Of a stretch of 64,000 nt of DNA, positions 29,076 to 38,943 are shown one piece after another (position 1 is the stretch's first letter; each line of letters opens with the position of its first letter). The position numbers and the translations under genes are program-made. A model generated the notes under the pieces. It did not search any database, was not told where the DNA came from, and saw only the letters and a program-made list of their open reading frames with translations. The stretch comes from Candidatus Spongiisociaceae bacterium (GTDB lineage: Bacteria; Actinomycetota; Acidimicrobiia; Spongiisociales; Spongiisociaceae), in NCBI GenBank assembly GCA_965262915.1, contig OZ253564.1, positions 1,952,001 through 2,016,000 of the forward strand, in the 5' to 3' direction.

Positions 29076-30830
29076 ATGAAAATCCGAAGACTGTTGGCTG
29101 CTCTCTTGGCGCTTGCCCTCATGGCAGCGGCGTGCGGCGACGACGACCAAGAGCAGGCACCGGCGACGACCCAGGCACCGGCGACGACTCAGGCCGAGGC
29201 AGCGACGGCGACGACTCAGGCCGAGGCAGCGACGGCGACGACTCAGGCCGAGGCAGCGACGGCGACGACTCAGGCCGAGGCAGCGACGGCGACGACCGCG
29301 CCGGAAGCTATGCCTGCCGGTCCAACCGGCACACTCACGGTGGCGCTGCCTACGTTCGGCAAGGAAGTGTTCGATCCGAGCATCGGCACCTCCCTGGAGA
29401 AGTCGATCTACGGGCCGATGTACGACTTCTTCGTCGGCCTCAGCCAGGACGGAGTCGAGAGCGCACCCGGCGGAGCGCTGGAGAGTTGGGAGATGGCGCC
29501 CGACGGCATGTCGTGGACACTCACGCTCCACCCGAACATGACGTGGCACGATGGGACTCCGGTCACATCTGCCGACTCCAAGTTCAGCTTCGAGCGGTAC
29601 GCTGAAGAGACTGCCACCTGCAGCCGCTGCCAGGCCCTCAAGACCATCCTCGGCGCCGTCGAGATCATCGACGACCTGACGGTTAAGGTGAACTTCACAT
29701 CGCCGAATCCGGCACTACTCGGCGACCTCACGGCCGCCCAGGGTGACATTCCGATCCTGCCCAAGAACTACTACGAGTCGCTGGGTACCGATGGTTTCAA
29801 TGCCGCCCCGATAGGCAGCGGACCCTTCAAGTTCGTCGACCACAAGGTTGGCGAAGAGATCGTATACGAGGCTTATCTGGATTACTGGAACCAGGATCGG
29901 CTGGCCGGCTTCGAGCGCCTCGTCATCAAGGTGGTCCCCGAAAGCCTTTCCCGCCTCGCCCTGGTCGAGACGGGCGATGTCGATCTGGCCCTCATGGAAC
30001 CACAAGTCGTTGGCAACATTCGCGACGCGGGTCTCCGAGTCGGCGGGCCAAAGGCCATCGCGACGGTAATGGCCGCACTGGCGCACAGCTACGAACCCCA
30101 CTTCGAGATGAGCAACGAGGAGTTCCGCAAGGCGGTCATCCTCGCGGTCGACAAGGCTGCACTCATCGGGGCGATCTATCCGGAAGGCACTGCTATACCG
30201 GCCGCCTCATTGATCAACGTGCCGACCCATCTCGGGTACGACCCCGATTTGGAGCCGCGTCCATACGATCCCGACGAGTCACGCCGGATCATCGCTGCCA
30301 ACGGGTGGGAGGGTACGCCGGTCACGTTGTACTCCTGGAGCACCTGGTCGAGCATTCCTGAACTGCCGACGCTGATGGAAGCGATCGCTGGTTACCTCGA
30401 TGCTGTGGGCCTCGATCCGGAGATCAAGCCCGTCGATTACACGGCGATACGACCCAACCTGCTGAGGCTCGAAGGCAACACGATCACCGACCCGAACCCC
30501 ATTCACGGCTGGTTCGTCACGTCGACCGGGGCCTTCGAGACACTGGTGCGCATCGGCCTGCTGGCTCACGCCGACGGCGGCCTCTACGGGGCTTACCACG
30601 ATGCCGCAACCGTCGATCGGATCTACGACACGATGTCCGCTGAGATCGACCTTGCAAAGCGGGGCGAGCTTGCCGCCGAGTTCAACCAAGCCGTGTACGA
30701 CACCTGGGGTTTGCTGCCCATTGCCGTCACAGACTCGATCTGGGCGATCGGACCTGGCGTGGGCGACTGGAGGCCCACCAACTTCACGCCGAGCGATTAC
30801 CGCTTCGAGACGGCAACTCCGGCGTCGTAG
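29076..30830 (+). CDS. Second family-5 ABC substrate-binding lipoprotein
   Basis: Lipobox MAAAC; paralog of 11112-12926 (GPMYDFF, WHDGTPVT, CSRC). Confidence 0.9.
   Translation: MKIRRLLAALLALALMAAACGDDDQEQAPATTQAPATTQAEAATATTQAEAATATTQAEAATATTQAEAATATTAPEAMPAGPTGTLTVALPTFGKEVFDPSIGTSLEKSIYGPMYDFFVGLSQDGVESAPGGALESWEMAPDGMSWTLTLHPNMTWHDGTPVTSADSKFSFERYAEETATCSRCQALKTILGAVEIIDDLTVKVNFTSPNPALLGDLTAAQGDIPILPKNYYESLGTDGFNAAPIGSGPFKFVDHKVGEEIVYEAYLDYWNQDRLAGFERLVIKVVPESLSRLALVETGDVDLALMEPQVVGNIRDAGLRVGGPKAIATVMAALAHSYEPHFEMSNEEFRKAVILAVDKAALIGAIYPEGTAIPAASLINVPTHLGYDPDLEPRPYDPDESRRIIAANGWEGTPVTLYSWSTWSSIPELPTLMEAIAGYLDAVGLDPEIKPVDYTAIRPNLLRLEGNTITDPNPIHGWFVTSTGAFETLVRIGLLAHADGGLYGAYHDAATVDRIYDTMSAEIDLAKRGELAAEFNQAVYDTWGLLPIAVTDSIWAIGPGVGDWRPTNFTPSDYRFETATPAS
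29154..29296 (+). repeat. Coding tandem repeats: 2x 18 bp then 4x 27 bp (ATTQAEAAT)
   Basis: GCGACGACTCAGGCCGAGGCAGCGACG at 29181, 29208, 29235 and 29262. Confidence 0.95.
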
Positions 30831-30950
30831 ACCGGCACACGAGAAAGAGACAAAGACGAGTGACGCGGCGGGGCGCCCGGAGTCGGGTGCCCCGCCCGTT
30901 TTGTGGGTCGCTAACTCAGCGAACGGGAACTGGACGACAAGGAGACGGTT

Positions 30951-31952
30951 GTGGACAAAGTAGGGATGGCGTTTCTCGATCGCCCGTCCGCCATGGAGCA
31001 GGTGCGACTGGTGAAGAAGATCGAGGACCTGGGCTACGAATCGGCTTGGATCGCCGAGACAAGACTGGCCCGGGATGCGTTCTCGATCCTCGGGGCGTTC
31101 GCGGTGAACACGAGCCGCATAACGATCGGCCCCGGCGTCGTCAACACCTGGACTCGCGGGCCGGCGCTGATGGCCGTGACACTCGCCACGCTCCACGAAA
31201 TGGCGCCCGGAAGGGTGGTCGCCGGTATCGGCGCCTATTGGGACCCTCTGGCGTGGAAGCAGGGAATCGAGCGACGTAAGCCGCTCACCCAGATGCGAGA
31301 GTACGCGAACGTCTTGCGCAGGCTGCTGGCGCTGGACGAAGGAGTAACCCTCGAGGGCGAAGTCGTCCAGGTCCGGGACCTGACGCTCGATCTCGGCCAT
31401 GGGGCCCCTCGTGTGCCGGTGGACGTCCCCCTCTATGTCGGGCCGACCGGCCCGAAGATGATGGAGCTCGCCGGCGAGATCTTCGATGGCGCGCTGATCA
31501 ACGGTTTGCTCTCGACCGATTACACGAGATGGGCCGTCGATCACATCAAGGCCGGAGCAGCCAAGGCCGGAAGAGACCCCGAAGAGATCGATCGGCCCCA
31601 ATTCGTCAACGTCGCGATGGCCGACGACGCCTCGGAGGCACGCCAGGTTGCAAAGCATCTCGTCACGAAATACCTCGGCCAGCAGCCCCACATCGCCAAG
31701 GCCAGCGGGCTCGAGGAGGATCTCATCGCGAAGCTCAACGAGACAATGGGCGGCTGGCCGGCACGTCCGGGTGGCGTCGAAGACGCGATGCGGCTCGTCT
31801 CCGACGACATCGTTGACCGCCTTGCGATATCGGGAGACCCCGGGCACTGTCGGAGCCGTATCGGCGAGTGGGTGGAAGCAGGCGCTTCCTATCCGATCAT
31901 CGTTCCCATGACGGACAACTTCGATCAGATCGCCGAGGAGCTCGCTCCGTGA
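30951..31952 (+). CDS. LLM-class oxidoreductase (Mer-like)
   Basis: GYESAWIAE, IGPGVVNTWTR and GPKMMELAGEIFDG. Confidence 0.88.
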   Translation: MDKVGMAFLDRPSAMEQVRLVKKIEDLGYESAWIAETRLARDAFSILGAFAVNTSRITIGPGVVNTWTRGPALMAVTLATLHEMAPGRVVAGIGAYWDPLAWKQGIERRKPLTQMREYANVLRRLLALDEGVTLEGEVVQVRDLTLDLGHGAPRVPVDVPLYVGPTGPKMMELAGEIFDGALINGLLSTDYTRWAVDHIKAGAAKAGRDPEEIDRPQFVNVAMADDASEARQVAKHLVTKYLGQQPHIAKASGLEEDLIAKLNETMGGWPARPGGVEDAMRLVSDDIVDRLAISGDPGHCRSRIGEWVEAGASYPIIVPMTDNFDQIAEELAP

Positions 31953-32007
31953 TCTACGGCGTCTCGCACTCCGCTGTCGCTCCGGGGAGAGCACCGCGGG
32001 CGACATC

Positions 32008-33000
32008 GTGACCACTGCCTTCGGGCTGAACCTCCCGAACAGCGGCGTTCGCGACAACTTCGACCTGGCCCGGTATGCCGACTCCCGTGGAGTCGACTCG
32101 TTATGGGTGTCGGAACCGCAGATTGCTGCCGACGCCCTCACCCCTCTGGCTGCATACGCCGCGGTCACCGAGCGTATCCGACTCGGCACATCGGTCATTC
32201 CGATCTGGACCAGGAACCCTGCCCTGATAGCTCAGAGCTTCGCCGCACTGGACATGCTCGCCCCGGGTCGCACGATCCTCGGGCTAGGCGCTTGGTGGAA
32301 CCCGTTGGCCGAACAGGTCGGTATCCAGATGGACAAACCCATTCGAGCGATGCGAGAGGTCATCGAATCATGCCGGCTGCTGTGGGCCAAGGACGCTCCC
32401 GTCGACTACGCCGGCGAGCTGGTGTCGCTTCGGAGGGTGTTCATGGAAGGCCCGGCCGTGTCACACGACATCAAGGTCTTCATCGGCGCAGTAGGTCCAC
32501 AGATGTTGCGTCTGACCGGCGGCATCGCCGACGGCGTGATCCTCAACGGTAACCACACGGTGGAGGCCACGGCGCTGGAGATAGCGCACTTGGCCGAGGG
32601 TGCGGCCGCCGCCGGCCGGTCCCTGGACGATATCGAGATCGCCAAGATGATCCGGGTCAAGATCGGGGACCGGGACCGCCTGCTCGCTGAAGAGAAGCCG
32701 CGGGTTGCCCGCTACGTGGCTCAGCAGCCCCATATCGCCGGTCCGGCCGGGATCACGCCCGACCTGTTGGCGCGGCTTCAGGAGCGCATCACCTGGCCGG
32801 CGACCGATGAAGAGGTCGAATCCGGCGCCCGGCTGCTATCGGACGACGCTGTCGCGGCCTTGGGCTGCTTCGGAGACGCGGATGAGGTTCGGAAGCGTAT
32901 GCGCGAATACGCGGATACGGGCGTGGATCTCTTCATTCTCTCGCGAGACACCCCAGAGCGCATGGGCGATGCCGTCGACGTCTTGCTGGAGGGTTGGTGA
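32008..33000 (+). CDS. LLM-class oxidoreductase (Mer-like)
   Basis: SLWVSE, TERIRLGTSVIPIWTRNP and GPQMLRLTGGIADG. Confidence 0.88.
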   Translation: MTTAFGLNLPNSGVRDNFDLARYADSRGVDSLWVSEPQIAADALTPLAAYAAVTERIRLGTSVIPIWTRNPALIAQSFAALDMLAPGRTILGLGAWWNPLAEQVGIQMDKPIRAMREVIESCRLLWAKDAPVDYAGELVSLRRVFMEGPAVSHDIKVFIGAVGPQMLRLTGGIADGVILNGNHTVEATALEIAHLAEGAAAAGRSLDDIEIAKMIRVKIGDRDRLLAEEKPRVARYVAQQPHIAGPAGITPDLLARLQERITWPATDEEVESGARLLSDDAVAALGCFGDADEVRKRMREYADTGVDLFILSRDTPERMGDAVDVLLEGW

Positions 33001-33036
33001 TGTGATGTCCGCAGGCTGTGTCACCACAGAGCGACC

Positions 33037-34020
33037 GTGAAGTTCGCGGCGACGTTCCTCACCGACCCTCCGTCCGAGCTTCTGGTCTCGCGTGCCCGGA
33101 AACTGGAAGCCGCCGGTTTCGACTACGTCTTCCTCAACGAGGCCCAGACCCTGTTCATGGACCCGTGGCCCGTGTTCGCCCAGATGGTTGCGGCAACGGA
33201 GTTCATTTCGATCGGACCATGCGTGACCAACCCGACGCTGAGAGATCCGGTGGTCACCGCGGCGCTCCTTGCCACCCTCAACGAGATGAGCTCAGGCCGT
33301 ATGGCCTGCGGCATCGGTCGTGGCGATGCCGCCCCGCGGACCCTTGGTCGGCGACCGTCCACGGTTGCCGAGCTCGACGAGGCGATTCGCATAATCAGCG
33401 AGCTCGTCGCCGGCGGGTCGACCCGAATCGGCTCCCGAGAGGTCACGCTGCGGTGGAACCGAGGCTGGCCCCTCGAGATCTGGGGAGCCGGGTACGGACC
33501 TCGCGTGCTTGGAATGATCGGATCCCGTTGCGATGGTTTCATCGTCCAGGCTGCTCATGAGGATTTCCTGACCCTCGCCAGGCGGTTTGCCGGGCGTGAA
33601 GCGGAGGGCGCGCCGTCGACCGGTTCGCCGGCGGCCATGGTCGCCGCTCCTGCTCTCGTCGGGGAGATGGGTAACGGATGCGACAAACTCCGCTGGTTCG
33701 TGCCGTCGGTCGCGAATCACGTCGCGGACCTCACCAAGACCTACGACGAACCGCTGCCCGCCAGCATGACGGATCTTCTCGACAATCGCACCGAATACGA
33801 CTATCAGGCCAAGGGGCGTATGCACAATCCCGGCGCCGACTACGTCACCCCGGAGATGACCAGGGCGTTCACGTTCGTGGGCCCGGCCGAGGCCCACATC
33901 GCCAAGATCGGCTATCTCGCAGATCTTGATGTCGATGTCGTCAATGTGTATCTGATCCACGACGAAATCGATGCGACTATCGATGCCTACGGTCGAGACA
34001 TCATCCCTGCGTTCCGATGA
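33037..34020 (+). CDS. LLM-class oxidoreductase, TIGR03842-like, second paralog
   Basis: TFLTDPP, GPCVTNP, CGIGRGDA, WGAGYGPR and ANHVADL shared with 21170-22165. Confidence 0.85.
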   Translation: MKFAATFLTDPPSELLVSRARKLEAAGFDYVFLNEAQTLFMDPWPVFAQMVAATEFISIGPCVTNPTLRDPVVTAALLATLNEMSSGRMACGIGRGDAAPRTLGRRPSTVAELDEAIRIISELVAGGSTRIGSREVTLRWNRGWPLEIWGAGYGPRVLGMIGSRCDGFIVQAAHEDFLTLARRFAGREAEGAPSTGSPAAMVAAPALVGEMGNGCDKLRWFVPSVANHVADLTKTYDEPLPASMTDLLDNRTEYDYQAKGRMHNPGADYVTPEMTRAFTFVGPAEAHIAKIGYLADLDVDVVNVYLIHDEIDATIDAYGRDIIPAFR

Positions 34021-34226
34021 GCCCGCCGAACGCTCCGACACCCCGTCCCGGCGCCCCGATACCAGCCTCGATCGGGGCGCTCCTCCATGCATCGGATGCC
34101 TCGGTCGTGGCCGATATCGAGCGAGAAACCGAACAGGTCACCGAACGGCTTGCTGCTGCTACGCGCCGCCGAGGCGTTTCCATCGTGCCTGCTACGCCAC
34201 ACCAGCCTGCGCAGGCGATTCGGTGA
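34017..34226 (+). CDS. Small 69-aa protein coupled to amidase (possible GatC/AtzG-like partner)
   Basis: ATGA overlap with upstream stop and GTGA overlap with amidase start; fills the gap exactly. Confidence 0.55.
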   Translation: MSPPNAPTPRPGAPIPASIGALLHASDASVVADIERETEQVTERLAAATRRRGVSIVPATPHQPAQAIR

Positions 34227-35629
34227 CTGAGCGATCGGTCTTCACGATCGGCACAGCTGCGGCCGCGCTCGACTCCGGACATCTTTCTGCGGTCGAACTC
34301 GCCACCACGGTGCTGGAGCGGATCGGGCGTTTCGATGCGAAGGTCGGAGCGTTCATCACCCTTCGTTCCCGCAACGCCATCCTCGCCGACGCCGCTGCAT
34401 CCGACGCCCGACGTAGGTCGGGCGATGCTAGAGGGCCGCTCGACGGTATCCCGGTCGCACACAAGGACAACATCACGACGGCAGGCATCCGAACGACCGC
34501 CGGCTCCAAGGTTCTCAGTGATTGGGTGCCGCAGGAGGACGCGGCAGTCGTCACCCGGCTGCGCGACGCTGGGACCGTGCTCATCGGCAAGCTCAAGAAC
34601 TACGAATTCGCCCACTCCGCGGTCGACAACCAGCACTTCGGCCGGACGGTCAACCCCCATGATCAGGACCGGGTCACCGGGGGCTCCAGCTCCGGCTCAG
34701 CCGCGGCCCTGGCTGCGGGGTTCTGCCTGGGAGCGACCGGTACCGACACAGGTGGCTCGATCCGCATCCCTGCCTCATTCACCGGTGTCGTCGGGGTGAA
34801 ACCGACCTTCGGTCTGATCAGCCGTCATGGCGTGGTACCGACTTCGTGGTCGCTGGACACGGTCGGTCCCATGGCGCTGACGGCAGCCGATGCTTCGTTG
34901 CTGCTTGCGGCTATGGAGGGTCACGACTCACGCGATCCGGGCTCGGTACGCGGTGCCCGCGCCTCCGCGTTTGCCCCCAGGGCCGACCTGGCCGGATTGC
35001 GGGTCGGTGTGGAGCGTGACTACTTCGGATCCGGTCTTGCGCTCGATGTGCGAAGCGTTTTCGAAGAGACATTGGCGGTCATGGCCGGCTTGGGGGCAGA
35101 AATCGTTGAGGTCACGATCCCGAGCGCGGCCCACAGTATCGCCGCCGAGAAAGCCATCGTGTATCCGGAGTCGACTGTTGCGCACGAGAAGTGGCTTGAG
35201 GACCAGTTCCACGATTATGGAACAAGACTGCGCAAGGCGCTGCTTACCGGATATTTCTTTCGGGCCGTCGACTACGTACGCGCCCAGCAAGTGCGGCGAT
35301 CTCTCATCGATGAGGTCGAAGCCGTGCTTGCTGGAGTCGACGTTATTGCGACGCCGACGACACCGATGGTGGCCCCCCGTTTTGACGAAACCATGGCCGA
35401 CGCCGCGGGTGCCTCGGACCTGCTCCATGAATACATCCGGTTGCTCGTCCTCGCCAACCTCACCGGTCACCCCGCCATCTCGGTCGCGTGCGGCCGCGGC
35501 AACGGTGAGATGCCGGTCGGTTTGCAACTCATCGGTAGAGCGTTTGATGATGGCTTCGTTCTCTCGGTGGCCCACGCAGTCGAGGAGCATGCCCGTGCAG
35601 CAGGAGCTATCGATCTAGGAGGGTGGTGA
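34223..35629 (+). CDS. Amidase signature family enzyme (GatA/AtzE-like)
   Basis: GPLDGIPVAHKDN, GGSSSGS and GTDTGGSIRIPA (Lys-Ser-Ser triad). Confidence 0.9.
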   Translation: MTERSVFTIGTAAAALDSGHLSAVELATTVLERIGRFDAKVGAFITLRSRNAILADAAASDARRRSGDARGPLDGIPVAHKDNITTAGIRTTAGSKVLSDWVPQEDAAVVTRLRDAGTVLIGKLKNYEFAHSAVDNQHFGRTVNPHDQDRVTGGSSSGSAAALAAGFCLGATGTDTGGSIRIPASFTGVVGVKPTFGLISRHGVVPTSWSLDTVGPMALTAADASLLLAAMEGHDSRDPGSVRGARASAFAPRADLAGLRVGVERDYFGSGLALDVRSVFEETLAVMAGLGAEIVEVTIPSAAHSIAAEKAIVYPESTVAHEKWLEDQFHDYGTRLRKALLTGYFFRAVDYVRAQQVRRSLIDEVEAVLAGVDVIATPTTPMVAPRFDETMADAAGASDLLHEYIRLLVLANLTGHPAISVACGRGNGEMPVGLQLIGRAFDDGFVLSVAHAVEEHARAAGAIDLGGW

Positions 35630-35739
35630 AGAACGGTGATACATGTTGGCCCGCCGTCCGCTGAGCTGCCATTCTCGATCGACCGTCGGGCCGGCAGGGG
35701 GTTTCTCAGCACCCTTCTAGCGAACCACGCAGCGATGCT

Positions 35740-36732
35740 ATGAAACTCTCCTGGGCGTTTCTCGACCGGCCTCGCCTCTCGGAACAACTCGAGTTCGTGA
35801 CACTGCTCGATGCGCTTGGATACGAAACGGTGTACACGGTGGAAACCCGCCTTGTACGCGACGGCGTGACCGTCCTGGGCGCATTTGCAGCGAAGACGGC
35901 CAGGATCCGACTCGGGCTGCTCTCGAACAGCTGGAGCCGTGACCCCGACCTCATGGCTTCGACTCTGGCATCGCTCGCGGAAATGGCTCCAGGACGCGTC
36001 CTGGTTGCGCTCAGCGAGTACTGGGATCCACTTGCGGCCAACCAGGGAATAGTGCGCAGGTCACCCGAGATACAGATACGCGAGTACGTTCACGCCCTCC
36101 GACAGTTTCTTTCCGGCGAGGACGGCACCTTCACAGGGACGATCATCCGCAGCGGTGGCGGACGCCTGTCCACGGTGCCTCGTGAAGCTCCGCCGGTACA
36201 CTTGCTGGGGACCGGCGCCATGATGGCCGCAGCGGCCGGCGAGGTTGCGGACGGGGTTCTCCTCAACGGTTTTCTCCCACCTGAAGGCACCGTTAGCCTC
36301 CTAGCGATGGCACGCCAAGGTGTGGCGAACAGCAATCGTATGTGGGACACCTTCGATCGACCCCAAATCGTCAATGTCGCGATGGCCGACGATCCCGAGG
36401 ATGCCCGAATGGCGGGCCGACGTCTGATTGCCCGCTACGTGGCCCACCAGCCTCACATCGCGACCGCGAGCGGATTACCTCAACCCACGGTCGAAGCGCT
36501 GCGGCAGATTGTCGGACCATGGCCCGGTCCACCCGAGCGTGTCGAGGGTGCGCTTCACCTCATCGATCACGACACGGTCGACCGTTTGATGGTCGCGGGG
36601 ACTGCCGGCGAATGCCGCGACGCCCTCCTCACCTGGTTCGAAGCAGGAGCGAGCGAGATCGTGGTGGTACCTGTGACGGACGGTATCGCCGAGATGGCGA
36701 GAGTCCTTGCCTCGGCCGGAGCAGCCGGATGA
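35740..36732 (+). CDS. LLM-class oxidoreductase (paralog of 30951-31952)
   Basis: AFLDRP, ETRLVRD, YWDPLA, DRPQIVNVAMADD and QPHIA shared motifs. Confidence 0.85.
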   Translation: MKLSWAFLDRPRLSEQLEFVTLLDALGYETVYTVETRLVRDGVTVLGAFAAKTARIRLGLLSNSWSRDPDLMASTLASLAEMAPGRVLVALSEYWDPLAANQGIVRRSPEIQIREYVHALRQFLSGEDGTFTGTIIRSGGGRLSTVPREAPPVHLLGTGAMMAAAAGEVADGVLLNGFLPPEGTVSLLAMARQGVANSNRMWDTFDRPQIVNVAMADDPEDARMAGRRLIARYVAHQPHIATASGLPQPTVEALRQIVGPWPGPPERVEGALHLIDHDTVDRLMVAGTAGECRDALLTWFEAGASEIVVVPVTDGIAEMARVLASAGAAG

Positions 36733-36847
36733 ACCCGACGTGTCCGGGCGAGCTTGCCGATCGGACCGCGCCCGCTCGCGGCGGCCTACCCGGGCGGCCG
36801 CTTCGGGCGGTTCCCGTACTCGTCCCGATCCAATCGTCGTGCATCTC

Positions 36848-37786
36848 GTGAACACCGACTCGCGTATCGACTTCGGGATCGCAATACCGCAGGTCTTCGT
36901 CGACGAGGAGGTCGATCCGAATCTGATCGGCGACTTTGTGGTGCGGGCGGAGTCGTATGGCTTTGCCGGCCTGTGGGTGATGGAGACCGGTTCACGCCAC
37001 GGCCGGGTCACCGCGCAGCTGGAGCCGCTGTCCTTGCTCGCCTACGTCGCGGCCCTCACCACCGTTGCCCGACTCGGCACGTCGGTTCTGCTGACCGGGT
37101 TCCGCAACCCGATCCGGCTGGCGAAGACGCTCGCGACGATCGACCATCTCGCCTGCGGCCGTCTCACTGTGGGGGTCGGCCTTGGCGATGCCGAACGGGC
37201 GTCCATCTACGGCATTCCCTCCGAGGAGTGGACCGCCCGGTTCGAGGAGGGTCTCGAAGTTGTGAACGCACTGTGGCGGCCCGGGACCACCGACTTCGAT
37301 GGGCAGTTCTGGAGCTTCGAAGGTCTGGGAATCGAACCCAAGCCTCTCCAGGTTCCCCATCCGCCGATCCTGTTCGGAGCTCATGCACCTGCGGCTTTGC
37401 GCCGGGCGGCACGTATGGGGAGCGGCTGGATGGGCGCCGGAGCATCGTCCCACGAGGACTTCGCCGAGCAGAGCCGCCTACTGCTGAGGTATCTCGAAGA
37501 ATCGGGGAGGAGCGAGGCGACGTTCGCCATCTCGAAACGGGTGTACATTGCAGTCGATTCCAACGCAGACCGCGCCGAAGCTCGCGTGCGGAACTTCTTC
37601 GCCGCTCACTATCGGAGCGCCGACCTGGGCTCACGGTGCGCGGTCTGGGGCTCTCCCGATCGGTGCGTAACTGCTCTCGACGCCCTGCGCTCCGAAGGGG
37701 TGGGCATGATCATGCTGAATCCCATGTTCGATCATCTGAGACAACTCGAGATCCTTGCTGACAACGTTCTACCTGCGCTTCACTGA
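36848..37786 (+). CDS. LLM-class oxidoreductase (TIGR03619-like)
   Basis: RLGTSVL, LAKTLATIDHL, PKPLQVPHPPI and ALRRAAR. Confidence 0.87.
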   Translation: MNTDSRIDFGIAIPQVFVDEEVDPNLIGDFVVRAESYGFAGLWVMETGSRHGRVTAQLEPLSLLAYVAALTTVARLGTSVLLTGFRNPIRLAKTLATIDHLACGRLTVGVGLGDAERASIYGIPSEEWTARFEEGLEVVNALWRPGTTDFDGQFWSFEGLGIEPKPLQVPHPPILFGAHAPAALRRAARMGSGWMGAGASSHEDFAEQSRLLLRYLEESGRSEATFAISKRVYIAVDSNADRAEARVRNFFAAHYRSADLGSRCAVWGSPDRCVTALDALRSEGVGMIMLNPMFDHLRQLEILADNVLPALH

Positions 37787-38682
37787 CGCGACGCGAAGTT
37801 CTCTCCGTAGAACGCAGCAGCTCGGTCGATGAGGTCGCGAAGACGGTCAGGCTGGTAGACATCGTGATGTGTCATACCACGCAGCATGATCAAGCCCTTC
37901 GGATCACCCGCCCGCTCGAAAAGGGCACGCGTATGTTCCGCCGGAGTCAACCGATCGCCCTCAACGCCGACGAAGAGCACCGCGCGCGGCGAGATCTGCG
38001 CGACGATGTCGATGGGTCGGAACTCCATGATGGCGTCCGCGGACTCCAGCGTCAGCCTGTACGAACGCTGCGGAAAGTCTGCGTCGAGCTTCGCCGCCAG
38101 CTCCGCCGACTCGGGATCCCGCAGCATGATCTCGCCCGGATCTACGAGCTCCGACTCTCCGGTGAGAATCCGGCGTTGCCGGTCCGCCGCCAGTCGTTTC
38201 TCGAATTCGAGCCACTCCCAATGGCGACGCAGCGACTTCAGCCACGTGTAGCCATCGGCGATCCCGACGGCGGAAACGGTGGCCCGAACCCGCCGGTCGA
38301 CGGCGGCTGCGTATACAGCGACGGCACCTCCGAAACTGACCCCGTACAGACCAAGCCTATGCGGGTCGACGGCCTCGAGCGAAGCTAGGAAGCCGACAGC
38401 GGCGCGAGCATCCTCGACTTGCTCGAGTGGAAAGAGCCGGTCCCGAGGACCGTCGCTGTCACCGAAGCCACGGTAGTCAAAGATGAGCGCGGCGATTCCC
38501 CGCTCGGCGAGCTCGGAGGCGATGTCGTTGACCCAGTACTTGCGAATACTGCCGAACCCGTGACACACCGCCACCGCCGGAAACGGCGGCAGCGCGTCGG
38601 GCAAGTAGAGATCGGCCGAGATCCGAGCACCGAGGCTGTAGAAGTGGACGGGTTCGGCGCTGCGGCGGTTCTCGGTCGTCAT
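37780..38682 (-). CDS. Alpha/beta hydrolase
   Basis: CHGFG, FDYRGFGDSDG, nucleophile elbow GVSFGG, C-terminal His (THHDVY). Confidence 0.88.
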   Translation of the reverse strand: MTTENRRSAEPVHFYSLGARISADLYLPDALPPFPAVAVCHGFGSIRKYWVNDIASELAERGIAALIFDYRGFGDSDGPRDRLFPLEQVEDARAAVGFLASLEAVDPHRLGLYGVSFGGAVAVYAAAVDRRVRATVSAVGIADGYTWLKSLRRHWEWLEFEKRLAADRQRRILTGESELVDPGEIMLRDPESAELAAKLDADFPQRSYRLTLESADAIMEFRPIDIVAQISPRAVLFVGVEGDRLTPAEHTRALFERAGDPKGLIMLRGMTHHDVYQPDRLRDLIDRAAAFYGENFASRQ

Positions 38683-38810
38683 GGGTGGCTCACCTCCTGA
38701 CGATTGGTCTCGTCTCGCATCCCGAGATCGGATCCAGGGTTTGGGATACGACTCCAGTACGAGTGACAGTAGCAATAGCGGCGGTGACAGTGGGAGCCCA
38801 CACCAATCGT

Positions 38811-38825
38811 CGTATGCAACATACG
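38811..38825. promoter_or_regulatory. Candidate operator palindrome in divergent intergenic region
   Basis: CGTATG-CAA-CATACG. Confidence 0.3.
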
Positions 38826-38943
38826 TTCGCCCATGCCGCGTCTCCTGCTTGAGGCCACTGCCCCACCCGGCAGGTGCGCCGGATCAGGGCTGTGCCGCGT
38901 CGCCTAATCTTTCCTGTGCGCGATCGATCAAGGAGCTTCTGGC

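Noticed and set aside
30279-32198. Long antisense ORFs (also 11046-12794, 2290-3651, 16036-17355, 51281-52579)
   Set aside because: Shadow frames of well-supported opposite-strand genes, expected in high-GC DNA; no motifs
30951-37786. LLM array as a bioluminescence (lux) operon
   Set aside because: No luxCDE; sequences resemble Mer-like and other F420-type families rather than LuxA/B
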